Shown one piece after another: positions 18,988 to 27,412 of a stretch of DNA of 44,568 nucleotides. The DNA is taken from assembly GCA_020628375.1 (NCBI GenBank), contig JAHDFD010000027.1:1-44568 (forward strand). Reading direction: 5' to 3'. Positions within the stretch are counted from its first letter, which is position 1. The number at the start of each line of letters is the position of its first letter. The DNA is from Chitinophagales bacterium. Lineage in GTDB: Bacteria; Bacteroidota; Bacteroidia; Chitinophagales; UBA2359. The position numbers and the translations under genes are program-made. The notes under the pieces were generated by a model. The model searched no databases. It saw nothing but the letters and a program-made list of their open reading frames with translations, and was not told the DNA's origin.

Positions 18988-19296
18988 ATAAATTAAGATT
19001 GTTGATCTTCAGAAAATGAGAGAAAAACTGATTAATCACATTTCCGCACAATTTGGGACTACAAAAATATAATATTTTGTAGTCACTTGCCCTATTCACA
19101 ATACTCCAAACTTTCAGCAAACAGCGCAAATAAATACAAGTCAATATATTACACATATAAATTAACTAAATTTAAACTATATATATTCATATAGGTCTAT
19201 GTATTTGTAGGTTAACACACATTTATATTTACAGATTTAGCATTCGCTTTATCATTCATGTAAATCAATCAATTAATTCATATAAATATTTTCGAC

Positions 19297-19938
19297 ATGA
19301 AAAGTTATTTTTTCAATGTAATGGGCATTTTTGCCTTAATGATCGGCTTTTGCACTTTTGAATCTAATGCTCAAACCCCTGTTTCAGGAAATAATGGCTC
19401 AAGTACTTCTTTTGGAATTTCTGCTGAAATGGGCATCCCTAAATTTGCTTCTAACACCATGAGTATTGATATACTACCGGGTATAGATATTCCTATCAAT
19501 TTCGTAGATTTCAGCGAGGCTTCTGATGTTGGTTTCGGGGTAAGCGGAAATATACAACATACCTTTGCCAATAACCGTGCTGCAGTTCTGGCTAAAGTAG
19601 GTATTATGAATTTTAAAGTGGCAGATCAGGGTATTCTGCGTGCCAATGTAAAAGCAGTTCCTGTAAGTATAGGAGGAAGGGTTTATATTTTCGATGGTTT
19701 ATATGCAGGTGCTGACGTAGGTGCTACTATGGTAACATCAAAATTAAAAGCAACCATTCTATTAGATATAGGCGAATCACGACAGGAAACGGTATTTACT
19801 TTTGCCCCGAATCTGGGTTATCAGTTAAACGTTGGAAACACACAAGTGGATATTGGAGCTAAATACGCTTTGGTTGGTGGTAAGTATAATTACTTTGGTG
19901 TTAGTGCAGGAATTAATTTACCGGTAGGGAAGCGGTGA
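19297..19938 (+). CDS. Outer-membrane beta-barrel (porin-family) protein
   Basis: Signal peptide MGIFALMIGFCTFESNAQ, alternating hydrophobic beta-strand pattern, and aromatic residues at the C-terminus typical of OMPs. 213 aa. Confidence 0.5.
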   Translation: MKSYFFNVMGIFALMIGFCTFESNAQTPVSGNNGSSTSFGISAEMGIPKFASNTMSIDILPGIDIPINFVDFSEASDVGFGVSGNIQHTFANNRAAVLAKVGIMNFKVADQGILRANVKAVPVSIGGRVYIFDGLYAGADVGATMVTSKLKATILLDIGESRQETVFTFAPNLGYQLNVGNTQVDIGAKYALVGGKYNYFGVSAGINLPVGKR

Positions 19939-20012
19939 TAGGTGATAAATGATAAATGATTAGTGATAAATGATTAGTGATTAGTGATTAGTGATTAGTG
20001 ATTAGTGAAATA
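19936..20012 (+). repeat. Eleven consecutive TGATNNN heptamers (TGATAGG, TGATAAA x3, TGATTAG x6, TGAAATA) starting on the stop codon
   Basis: Read directly from the sequence. There is a TGA or TAG in every frame many times over. A terminator hairpin follows immediately. Confidence 0.95.
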
Positions 20013-20013
20013 T

Positions 20014-20060
20014 AAAACCGCAGATTTAAAGCATTCAACTTTAAATCTGCGGTTTATTTG
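20014..20060. terminator. Bidirectional rho-independent terminator
   Basis: aaaaccgcagatttaaag-cattcaac-tttaaatctgcggtttatttg. The stem is about 13 bp and is flanked by A- and T-runs. Confidence 0.8.
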
Positions 20061-20077
20061 TTGGTTAACTTTTAATA

Positions 20078-20335
20078 TTAGTTACAAGTTGCACCTGCAG
20101 CCTCCTGAGCAGCAACGATATCATCTAATGATACGCCTTCAAGTGTTTCACTAACACCGCTGGTAGTTACGATTACATTATCTCCATCCTCACAGTATTC
20201 AGATGAAACTGATACACCTAATAATTCTAACTCACAAGTTTGACAAGAGCTTGCATCTTCATCGTCATCACCACATGAAGTTAAAGCAAATGCCGATAAC
20301 AATAGCATAAAAGAAAATAATTTGAAAAAATTCAT
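20078..20335 (-). CDS. Small acidic Cys-containing lipoprotein (85 aa), unknown function
   Basis: Lipobox LTSC after the signal peptide. Five Cys residues. Ends ...GATCN. Confidence 0.5.
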   Translation of the reverse strand: MNFFKLFSFMLLLSAFALTSCGDDDEDASSCQTCELELLGVSVSSEYCEDGDNVIVTTSGVSETLEGVSLDDIVAAQEAAGATCN

Positions 20336-20571
20336 TATATAAATTTTAATGGTTAAAAAATGGAGTGCAAATGTAGTACAACCGACAAGAATACCAAATA
20401 ATTTACCATATTATTTCATCAAAACTTTTAGAATTGAAGGTATTATGTACGATTATATAATAACTAAAACCCTACACATCATAATACACTGATTTTCAGC
20501 ACAAAAAAATGGTTGATGAGAGAATCAAATTCCCCATCAACCATCAATAATCAACTACTAATTACTAATTA

Positions 20572-21750
20572 CTATTTCAATAGCTCATAAATACCAGCGA
20601 TACCTTGTCCACCACCAACACAGGCAGTAACCATTCCGTACTTCTGGTTTCTTCTGCGCATTTCGCTGAATAATTGGATTGACAATTTAGCTCCTGTACA
20701 ACCAAGCGGGTGCCCAAGCGCAATTGCTCCACCGTTCGGATTCACAATATCAGGATTCAAGCCTGCTGTTTTAATAACGGCCAATGCCTGAGCTGCAAAT
20801 GCTTCATTCAACTCTATTTGCTCAATATCTTTCAATTGCAAACCCGCTCTTTCCAATGCCTTTGGAATAGCAGCGCATGGTCCTATTCCCATGTATAAAG
20901 GCTCAACTCCGGCAACCGCACAGGTAACTAAACGGGCAACCGGTTCAAGATTCAATTCTTTTACCATTTTACCACTCATTACCAAACAAAAAGCAGCACC
21001 ATCACTCATTTGAGAAGAAGTTCCGGCAGTAACTGTTCCTTTGTTGGCAAATGCAGGACGTAATCTTCCCAGTGCCTCCATGCTTGTTCCACGACGAACT
21101 CCTTCATCCATAGCCACAGTAAACTCACGCTCTTTACGTTTGTTATTTTCCAGATAAACTTCTTTAACTGTAACCGGAATAATTTCATCAACAAATTTTC
21201 CTTCGTCGATCGCTTTAGCAGCTTTTTCGTGTGATTTCACAGCAAAAGCATCTTGTTCTTCACGACTCACTTCGTATTTCTTAGCAACAGCTTCAGCCGT
21301 TAAGCCCATTCCAACAACATAGTCAGGTGTTGTTGAAGCAACATTATAAGAAGGTGCTAATTTGTATCCTGTCATCGGAATCATACTCATACTTTCTGTT
21401 CCACCTGCTACGATACAATCTGCCATTCCTGCTGCAATTTTTCCAACAGCAATAGAAATGGTTTCTAAACCAGATGCACAATAACGGTTAACCGTCATAC
21501 CCGGTACTTCTTTTCCTAAAGCACGTACAGAGATCATACGACCGATCTGTAAACCTTGCTCTCCTTCCGGATTCGCACAGCCTACAATTAGATCATCAAC
21601 TCTTGTTGGATCTAATTCTGGTGTTTTTGCTAACAATCCTTTAATTACATCTACCGCCAGATCATCAGAACGATAGAATCTGAATCCGCCCTTTTTAGCT
21701 TTACCTACGGCTGAACGGTAGCCATTTACGATATATACTTCTCTACTCAT
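20572..21750 (-). CDS. fadA: Acetyl-CoA C-acyltransferase (3-ketoacyl-CoA thiolase)
   Basis: Thiolase signatures (NRYCASGLE..., C-terminal GCTGAKL...CVGGGQG). 392 aa. Confidence 0.9.
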   Translation of the reverse strand: MSREVYIVNGYRSAVGKAKKGGFRFYRSDDLAVDVIKGLLAKTPELDPTRVDDLIVGCANPEGEQGLQIGRMISVRALGKEVPGMTVNRYCASGLETISIAVGKIAAGMADCIVAGGTESMSMIPMTGYKLAPSYNVASTTPDYVVGMGLTAEAVAKKYEVSREEQDAFAVKSHEKAAKAIDEGKFVDEIIPVTVKEVYLENNKRKEREFTVAMDEGVRRGTSMEALGRLRPAFANKGTVTAGTSSQMSDGAAFCLVMSGKMVKELNLEPVARLVTCAVAGVEPLYMGIGPCAAIPKALERAGLQLKDIEQIELNEAFAAQALAVIKTAGLNPDIVNPNGGAIALGHPLGCTGAKLSIQLFSEMRRRNQKYGMVTACVGGGQGIAGIYELLK

Positions 21751-21830
21751 TGTAGTTTATTTTTATTTGATTAAATATTTAATTCTAAGATTATAGGGAC
21801 TTTAGATTTTAGACATTTTATAATATATTT

Positions 21831-22193
21831 CTAAGATTGTTGCATATACTTTTTAAACCCAAGAATCGTTCTCTGAATTTCATGAACTTGATTTAGTAAA
21901 TCGCTTAAATTTTCTTCATTCAAATAATTTACATCAAAAGATAACAGTAATTGTGTTTCCAACTCACAGGCAGAACCATGAGCATAATCTAAAAATTGCA
22001 AGGTTTGAGCTTTTGTATCTCTACCACAACCTTCAGCAATATTGGAAGGAATTGAAACAGCAGAACGCCTGATCTGTGATATCAAGCCGAATTGTTCAAC
22101 TTTTGGAAAATTTTGAGAAATCAAATAAATATCTTTTACTAGATTCCTTGACTTTTTCCAGGATTTTAATTCTCTAAAATTATGCTTTACCAT
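21831..22193 (-). CDS. Four-helix-bundle protein, TIGR02436 family (second copy), inserted between fadB and fadA
   Basis: ELKSWKKSRNLVKDIYLISQNFPKVEQFGLISQIRRSAVSIPSNIAEGCGR...ELETQL is the family signature. 120 aa. Confidence 0.75.
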   Translation of the reverse strand: MVKHNFRELKSWKKSRNLVKDIYLISQNFPKVEQFGLISQIRRSAVSIPSNIAEGCGRDTKAQTLQFLDYAHGSACELETQLLLSFDVNYLNEENLSDLLNQVHEIQRTILGFKKYMQQS

Positions 22194-22272
22194 TTTTTCT
22201 TTTAAAAGTTATTAAGTATCACATCATAAATCTTTTTAAGTCTAATATCTAAAATCTAAAAGTCTAAAATCT

Positions 22273-24711
22273 TTAGTTACGCAAAGGCTTATTATTCTCC
22301 AACATATACTGAATACGCTCGAGTGTTTTAGGCTCACCACATAAGCTCAAGAACTGCTCACGTTCAACATCCAACAAGTATTGTTCTGATACTTTTTGCG
22401 GTGCACTCAGATCACCTCCACAAAGAACATAAGCAATTTTATTGGCAATTTTAATATCATGTTCTGAAGCGTAGTTTCCTAACTTCAAACTATGAGCAGC
22501 TACTTGTAAAGCACCTAAGCCTCCACGACCTAATACATGAATATCGTTACGTGGTGCCGGCTGGCTGTATCCTGCATCTGCAAGGTCTAATACCATCTTC
22601 TTAGCTTCACCAATGTTTCTTTTCGTTTTAACAGAAACTCTGTCTTTTCCTTCAATCAGGTAACCGTGTGTGAACGCTTCGTAAGCAGAAGTAGCAACAC
22701 TAGCCATTGCAATAGTCTTGAACTTTTCTATTATTGTAGGAATCTGTACGTCTCCTTCAAAGAATGAATCAGCTGCGCGTAAAGCGAACTCTTTGGTTCC
22801 ACCTCCTCCAGGCAATAAACCAACACCTACTTCAACTAATCCGATGTAAGATTCAGCAGCAGCAACCGCTCCATCACAGTGCATGATCGTTTCACAACCA
22901 CCACCGAACACATAACCCTGTGTAGCAGCTACAACAGGAATGCTTGAATAACGACAACGCATAGTCGTTTGCTGGAATGCATTTACAGCAAAGTTCAATT
23001 CATCGAATTCTTGCTGATATGCCATCATTCCGATCATCATAAGGTTGGCTCCAACAGAAAAATGTTCGGCATTGTTTCCGATCACTAACCCTTTCCAACC
23101 ATCATCTTCTGCAATTCTGATTGCTTCGTTAATTCCTTTTAAAACGCCTTCACCAATTGAATTCATTTTAGAAATAAATTCTAAACAAAGAACTCCATCG
23201 CCAATATCGTGTAATACAACGCCATCGTTTTTAAATACCGGAGCCTGCTCGCGATAATTGTCTAAAATAATGAATTGATCTGCTCCCGGAACTGCTTTGT
23301 AAGATTTTGAATCAATATCGTAATATTTCTGAACACCTCCTTCTTTTTTATAGAATGAAGTATGTCCTGCAGCAAGCATTTCTTTTACCCAGTCTGCAAT
23401 TTTTTCTCCATCAGCTTCAGCAGCTTTAATTCCATTTTCAATACCAACTAAATCCCAGTATTGGAAAGGTCCTACATCCCAACGGAAACCTGCGCGCAAA
23501 GCATCATCGATGCTATAAAGATTGTCAGAAATTTCAGGAATACGATTAGAAGCATAAGCAAATAATCCAGCTAAAGAACGACGTACTAATTCAGCCGCTT
23601 TATCTTCTCCGGCGAAATAAATATCCAAACGCTCTTTTAAATGGTCTTTACGACGTGCTGCTCCCATACTGTCGAACTTCACAGATGGCTTTGGTACGTA
23701 CTCTAATTTTTCAAGATCCAATTCAAGTACAACTCTTTTTCCTTTAGCATCTCTGTCGTTGGTCTTTTTATAGAAACCCTGACCAGACTTATTTCCTAAG
23801 AATTTATTCTCTAAAAGGAAATTGAAATATTTAGGCATTTCAAAAGCTTGTGCCTGCTCGTCGTCGGTACAACGTGTACGAATTGTTTCGGTAACGCTCA
23901 TCGCAGTATCGTGCCCAACTAAATCTCCTAAACGGAATGTTCCTGTATTCGGACGACCAATTGCTTTACCTGTTAATTTATCAACTACACTGATCGGTAA
24001 ACCAAGCTCGCTTGTAAGCTGATATACTTTAGCCATAGCATAAACCCCTACTCTATTGGCAATGAATGCTGGTGTATCTTTACAAAGTACGGTTTGTTTT
24101 CCTAAGTAAGTTGACCCATACTCCATAAAGAAATCTACTACCTCGCTTGACGTATGTGGCGTAGGAATGATCTCTAATAATTCTAAGTATCTTGGCGGAT
24201 TGAAATAATGCGTTCCACAGAAATGCGCTTTAAAGTCTTCACTTCTTCCTTCGGCCATTAAATGAATTGGAATACTTGAAGTGTTAGAGGTTATTAAAGT
24301 CCCGGGCTTACGGATCTTATCGATCTTTTCAAATAAAGATTGTTTGATCTCTAATTTTTCAACGATAACTTCAATGATCCAATCGCAATCTGCTAACATT
24401 TCTAAATTATCGTCTAGATTTCCAACCGTGATTCTGCTTGCAAAATCTTTGCTGTAATAAGCAGCAGGCTTTGATTTTAACAACGCTTTCATTGCTGCGT
24501 TTACAATGCTGTTTCTTTTAGCTGGAATTTTCTTTTCTTCATCGCTTAAATTGAAAGGAACGATGTCGAGCATTACCACCTCAAGACCAATATTCGCATA
24601 ATGTGCAGCGATACCTGCTCCCATTACACCTGATCCGATAACGGCAACTTTTTTGATTTTCCTCGATTTTGCCGAGGTAACTTGGATTTTTTCCATTGTT
24701 TTTGCTTCCAT
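22273..24711 (-). CDS. fadB: Fatty-acid oxidation complex alpha subunit (N-terminal 3-hydroxyacyl-CoA dehydrogenase plus C-terminal enoyl-CoA hydratase)
   Basis: N-terminal Rossmann motif VAVIGSGVMGAGIA, C-terminal crotonase fold. 812 aa. An alternative start MEKIQ lies 5 codons in. Confidence 0.85.
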   Translation of the reverse strand: MEAKTMEKIQVTSAKSRKIKKVAVIGSGVMGAGIAAHYANIGLEVVMLDIVPFNLSDEEKKIPAKRNSIVNAAMKALLKSKPAAYYSKDFASRITVGNLDDNLEMLADCDWIIEVIVEKLEIKQSLFEKIDKIRKPGTLITSNTSSIPIHLMAEGRSEDFKAHFCGTHYFNPPRYLELLEIIPTPHTSSEVVDFFMEYGSTYLGKQTVLCKDTPAFIANRVGVYAMAKVYQLTSELGLPISVVDKLTGKAIGRPNTGTFRLGDLVGHDTAMSVTETIRTRCTDDEQAQAFEMPKYFNFLLENKFLGNKSGQGFYKKTNDRDAKGKRVVLELDLEKLEYVPKPSVKFDSMGAARRKDHLKERLDIYFAGEDKAAELVRRSLAGLFAYASNRIPEISDNLYSIDDALRAGFRWDVGPFQYWDLVGIENGIKAAEADGEKIADWVKEMLAAGHTSFYKKEGGVQKYYDIDSKSYKAVPGADQFIILDNYREQAPVFKNDGVVLHDIGDGVLCLEFISKMNSIGEGVLKGINEAIRIAEDDGWKGLVIGNNAEHFSVGANLMMIGMMAYQQEFDELNFAVNAFQQTTMRCRYSSIPVVAATQGYVFGGGCETIMHCDGAVAAAESYIGLVEVGVGLLPGGGGTKEFALRAADSFFEGDVQIPTIIEKFKTIAMASVATSAYEAFTHGYLIEGKDRVSVKTKRNIGEAKKMVLDLADAGYSQPAPRNDIHVLGRGGLGALQVAAHSLKLGNYASEHDIKIANKIAYVLCGGDLSAPQKVSEQYLLDVEREQFLSLCGEPKTLERIQYMLENNKPLRN

Positions 24712-24823
24712 TGATTTAGTAATTAGTGAATTATTAAACTTTAAAACGGTTTTTTATTTATAGCAGTTCGACTACGCTCACTGACCGTAAGAAAAAAATA
24801 GTTTTAAAGTCTATTATTTATAA

Positions 24824-25165
24824 TTAATTATTTTTAAGGTTTTTCAAAACATTTAAAAGCGGTTGTTCTAATGACGGAATATCGAATTTTATTGTATTCC
24901 AAACAGTTTCTACGTCGGTTTTAAAATATTCGTGAATTAAAATATTTCTCATTCCTTTCATTATTCGCCACGGTATATTCTGACATTCATTTTTTGTTTG
25001 TTCTGTAACATTTGCCGATGCTTCGCCAATTATTTCAATTAAACGCTCGGCAGTTCGTTGGTAAATATTTTCATTTGAAAAGGTTGTAAAGTCAACATCA
25101 TCGAAAGTTTCAATTGCTTCTTTTATTATTTCAAGAATGTGATTAATTCGTTGTTTATCGGTCAT
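24824..25165 (-). CDS. hepT: HepT-like (DUF86) RNase toxin of a HepT/MNT toxin-antitoxin pair
   Basis: 113 aa. Rx4HxY motif RNILIHEY. Overlaps the upstream nucleotidyltransferase gene by 11 nt. Confidence 0.7.
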   Translation of the reverse strand: MTDKQRINHILEIIKEAIETFDDVDFTTFSNENIYQRTAERLIEIIGEASANVTEQTKNECQNIPWRIMKGMRNILIHEYFKTDVETVWNTIKFDIPSLEQPLLNVLKNLKNN

Positions 25166-26024
25166 AAATTAGAATTTTATCTCGTTCAAATCCTTCCTTT
25201 ACAAATGCTCGCAACGCCATTTTACTGGGTACTAAATCTACTTTTCTATTAAATGAATCTTCTAATTTTGCTTGTATTCTACTAATGATGAATAAACTTT
25301 TTTTACTACCTTCCGAAAATTCAATTAAAATGTCAATATCGCTATTTTCTGTTTGTTCTCCTCGTGCGAAAGAACCAAATAGATAGGCTTTGCTAACAGG
25401 TTCTTGCTCAAAAATTGATTGAGCTTTTTTTAAGTCTAAACTATTATTAACATCAATTTCTGATAGATTAAATTTATCTGCAATGTTCTCTAAGGCTCTT
25501 TCCAAATAACTTTTATCCTGGAAAACTTTCATGAGCATAACCGCGCCTTCAACTTGTGCAACAGCATCTTTAGCTTGCAAAATAGCTTCTTCTTCAGTAT
25601 AGCGTGTCTTAAACACATTAGCTAAAGCATCTATCCAATCGTTGAAGAATTTTCTGAAATACAAGGCAAAATTTTCATTCATGCTAACGGTTTCTAGGGC
25701 AATGTTACCCATTAAACAACCATCTGAAGCATCGAAAAAAGTTTTATAGCTGAACTCTTTGAACAGATTTAGTTTTTCTTTTACCTCCATACTTTCATCG
25801 TAAGCGATAGCAAACAAACTGTTTTTATAGCCTTTATACAACAGTTCCAAAACTGCTTCCATTATTTGTTCTTTACCTTTTGGGAAATGGTGGTATAAAC
25901 TTGCCTTTTGCAGTCCGCATGCTTCTGCAAGATCATTCATTGAGGTTTGATGATACCCCTGCTTCCAAAAAACCCGCATCGAGCTTTTAACTACTTCATC
26001 GGCTGAAACCTTCTTTTTTGGCAA
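25155..26024 (-). CDS. TetR-family HTH domain fused to an MNT-type nucleotidyltransferase (putative antitoxin/regulator, 289 aa)
   Basis: N-terminal TetR HTH SMNDLAEACGLQKASLYHHFPKGKEQIM plus a ~180-aa helical TetR body. C-terminal ~100 aa carry the minimal NTase motif AYLFGSFARGEQTENSDIDILIEF (GSx9-11DxD). Confidence 0.7.
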   Translation of the reverse strand: MPKKKVSADEVVKSSMRVFWKQGYHQTSMNDLAEACGLQKASLYHHFPKGKEQIMEAVLELLYKGYKNSLFAIAYDESMEVKEKLNLFKEFSYKTFFDASDGCLMGNIALETVSMNENFALYFRKFFNDWIDALANVFKTRYTEEEAILQAKDAVAQVEGAVMLMKVFQDKSYLERALENIADKFNLSEIDVNNSLDLKKAQSIFEQEPVSKAYLFGSFARGEQTENSDIDILIEFSEGSKKSLFIISRIQAKLEDSFNRKVDLVPSKMALRAFVKEGFERDKILIYDR

Positions 26025-26117
26025 ATTTTAAGCTTTTAGATTCAAAATTCGATACAAATATACATTTTTTACCAAACGGTCGGTTGGGAAAATCCATTTC
26101 TTAATGAAATTTTAACT

Positions 26118-27362
26118 TTGCCAAAAATTCAGACATTGAAAAAAACAAGTATTGCAATAATAGGTGGTGGCGCAGCAGGGTTCTTTGCTGCACTTAATTG
26201 TGCTATTCTGGCAAAGGAAAAAAACAAACAGGTTTCTATTACAATATATGAACAAGCGAAAAATGTTTTGCAAAAAGTTCGCATATCCGGTGGTGGTCGT
26301 TGTAATGTAACTCATGCTTGCTGGACTCCAAAAGAATTGGTAAAGTTCTATCCTAGAGGAAGTAAGGAATTATTAGGTCCGTTTCATACTTTTTGTTGTG
26401 GCGATACAGTAGCATGGTTCGGAGAAAGAGGCGTTGAATTGAAAATTGAAGGTGATGGTAGAATGTTTCCTAAAAGTGATTCTTCTCAGACAATAATCGA
26501 TTGTTTACTCAAAACCACCAATGATTTTGGTATAAAAGTATTAACCAAACATAAATTGACACATTTAAGTCAGTCTGATAATGGCAAATGGATAATAGAA
26601 TTGAACAAAGAAAAAAAGCTTGAATTCGATAAGGTGATGATCGCCAGTGGCAGCTCTAAAGTGATGTGGGATAAACTGTCAACATTAGGATTAGAAATAG
26701 TGCGCCCTGTTCCTTCGTTGTTTACTTTCAATATTAAAAATTCGTTGTTAAATCAATTAATGGGCTTATCATTACAAGATGTACACATAAAAATTCTTGG
26801 AACAAAGCTAAATTCAAATGGTCCATTATTGATTACTCATTGGGGTTTAAGTGGGCCTGCTGTACTGAAACTTTCTGCCTGGGGAGCCCGAAAGTTAAAT
26901 GAATTACAATATGATTTTCAAATCCAGATAAATTTCACAGGAGCTAGTAAACACGAGGAAGTAAAAAAGCAACTTCTGGCTATTAGGAATAATCAGAAAG
27001 TGATGAATATTGCTCAATTTAATATTCCTAAAAGATTATGGAAATATTTGGTTACAGAAGCAGATATTCCACCAGAGCGTACATGGAATGAGTTTGGGAA
27101 AAAACAAGCTGGCAGCTTAGCAACGATCATTACGCAATCGACTTATAATGTTAAAGGGAAAAGTACCTTTAAAGAAGAGTTTGTAACAGCCGGTGGTATT
27201 GACCTTAAGGAAATAGATTTCAAAAAATTTGAAAGTAAGAAATTCCCCGGTTTATTTTTTGCAGGCGAAGTGCTGAACATAGATGCCATTACCGGTGGAT
27301 TCAACTTTCAGGCAGCCTGGACGGGCGGCTATATTGTTGGGAGAAACATGGTTGATTATTGA
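26118..27362 (+). CDS. NAD(P)/FAD-dependent oxidoreductase, HI0933/YhiN (BaiN-like) flavoprotein family
   Basis: IAIIGGGAAGFFAA dinucleotide-binding motif and GGGRCNVT, with C-terminal FFAGEVLNIDAITGGFNFQAAWTGG. The ORF-track start is TTG at 26118. A second TTG at 26136 (MKKTSIAIIGGG) is equally plausible. Confidence 0.8.
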   Translation: MPKIQTLKKTSIAIIGGGAAGFFAALNCAILAKEKNKQVSITIYEQAKNVLQKVRISGGGRCNVTHACWTPKELVKFYPRGSKELLGPFHTFCCGDTVAWFGERGVELKIEGDGRMFPKSDSSQTIIDCLLKTTNDFGIKVLTKHKLTHLSQSDNGKWIIELNKEKKLEFDKVMIASGSSKVMWDKLSTLGLEIVRPVPSLFTFNIKNSLLNQLMGLSLQDVHIKILGTKLNSNGPLLITHWGLSGPAVLKLSAWGARKLNELQYDFQIQINFTGASKHEEVKKQLLAIRNNQKVMNIAQFNIPKRLWKYLVTEADIPPERTWNEFGKKQAGSLATIITQSTYNVKGKSTFKEEFVTAGGIDLKEIDFKKFESKKFPGLFFAGEVLNIDAITGGFNFQAAWTGGYIVGRNMVDY

Positions 27363-27387
27363 TAGGTGATAAATGATGAGTGATTTA
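27360..27387 (+). repeat. TGATAGG-TGATAAA-TGATGAG-TGATTTA heptamer array on the stop codon
   Basis: Read directly. The complementary strand carries ATGATGAATGATGG after the hemCD stop. Confidence 0.85.
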
Positions 27388-27412
27388 TCAATTATCTCCC
27401 ATCATTCATCAT

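Noticed and set aside
21831-22193. Annotating the four-helix-bundle genes as ribosomal protein S23 or an rRNA-associated protein
   Set aside because: That legacy name comes from the family's first discovery in 23S rRNA intervening sequences. There is no rRNA here and no ribosomal protein homology.
24767-24780. Shared 14-mer ttcgactacgctca also present at 30041-30054, considered as a possible dispersed motif
   Set aside because: In a 44.6-kb window several identical 14-mer pairs are expected by chance (roughly N squared over 2 divided by 4 to the 14th is about 3-4). There is no extended similarity around them.
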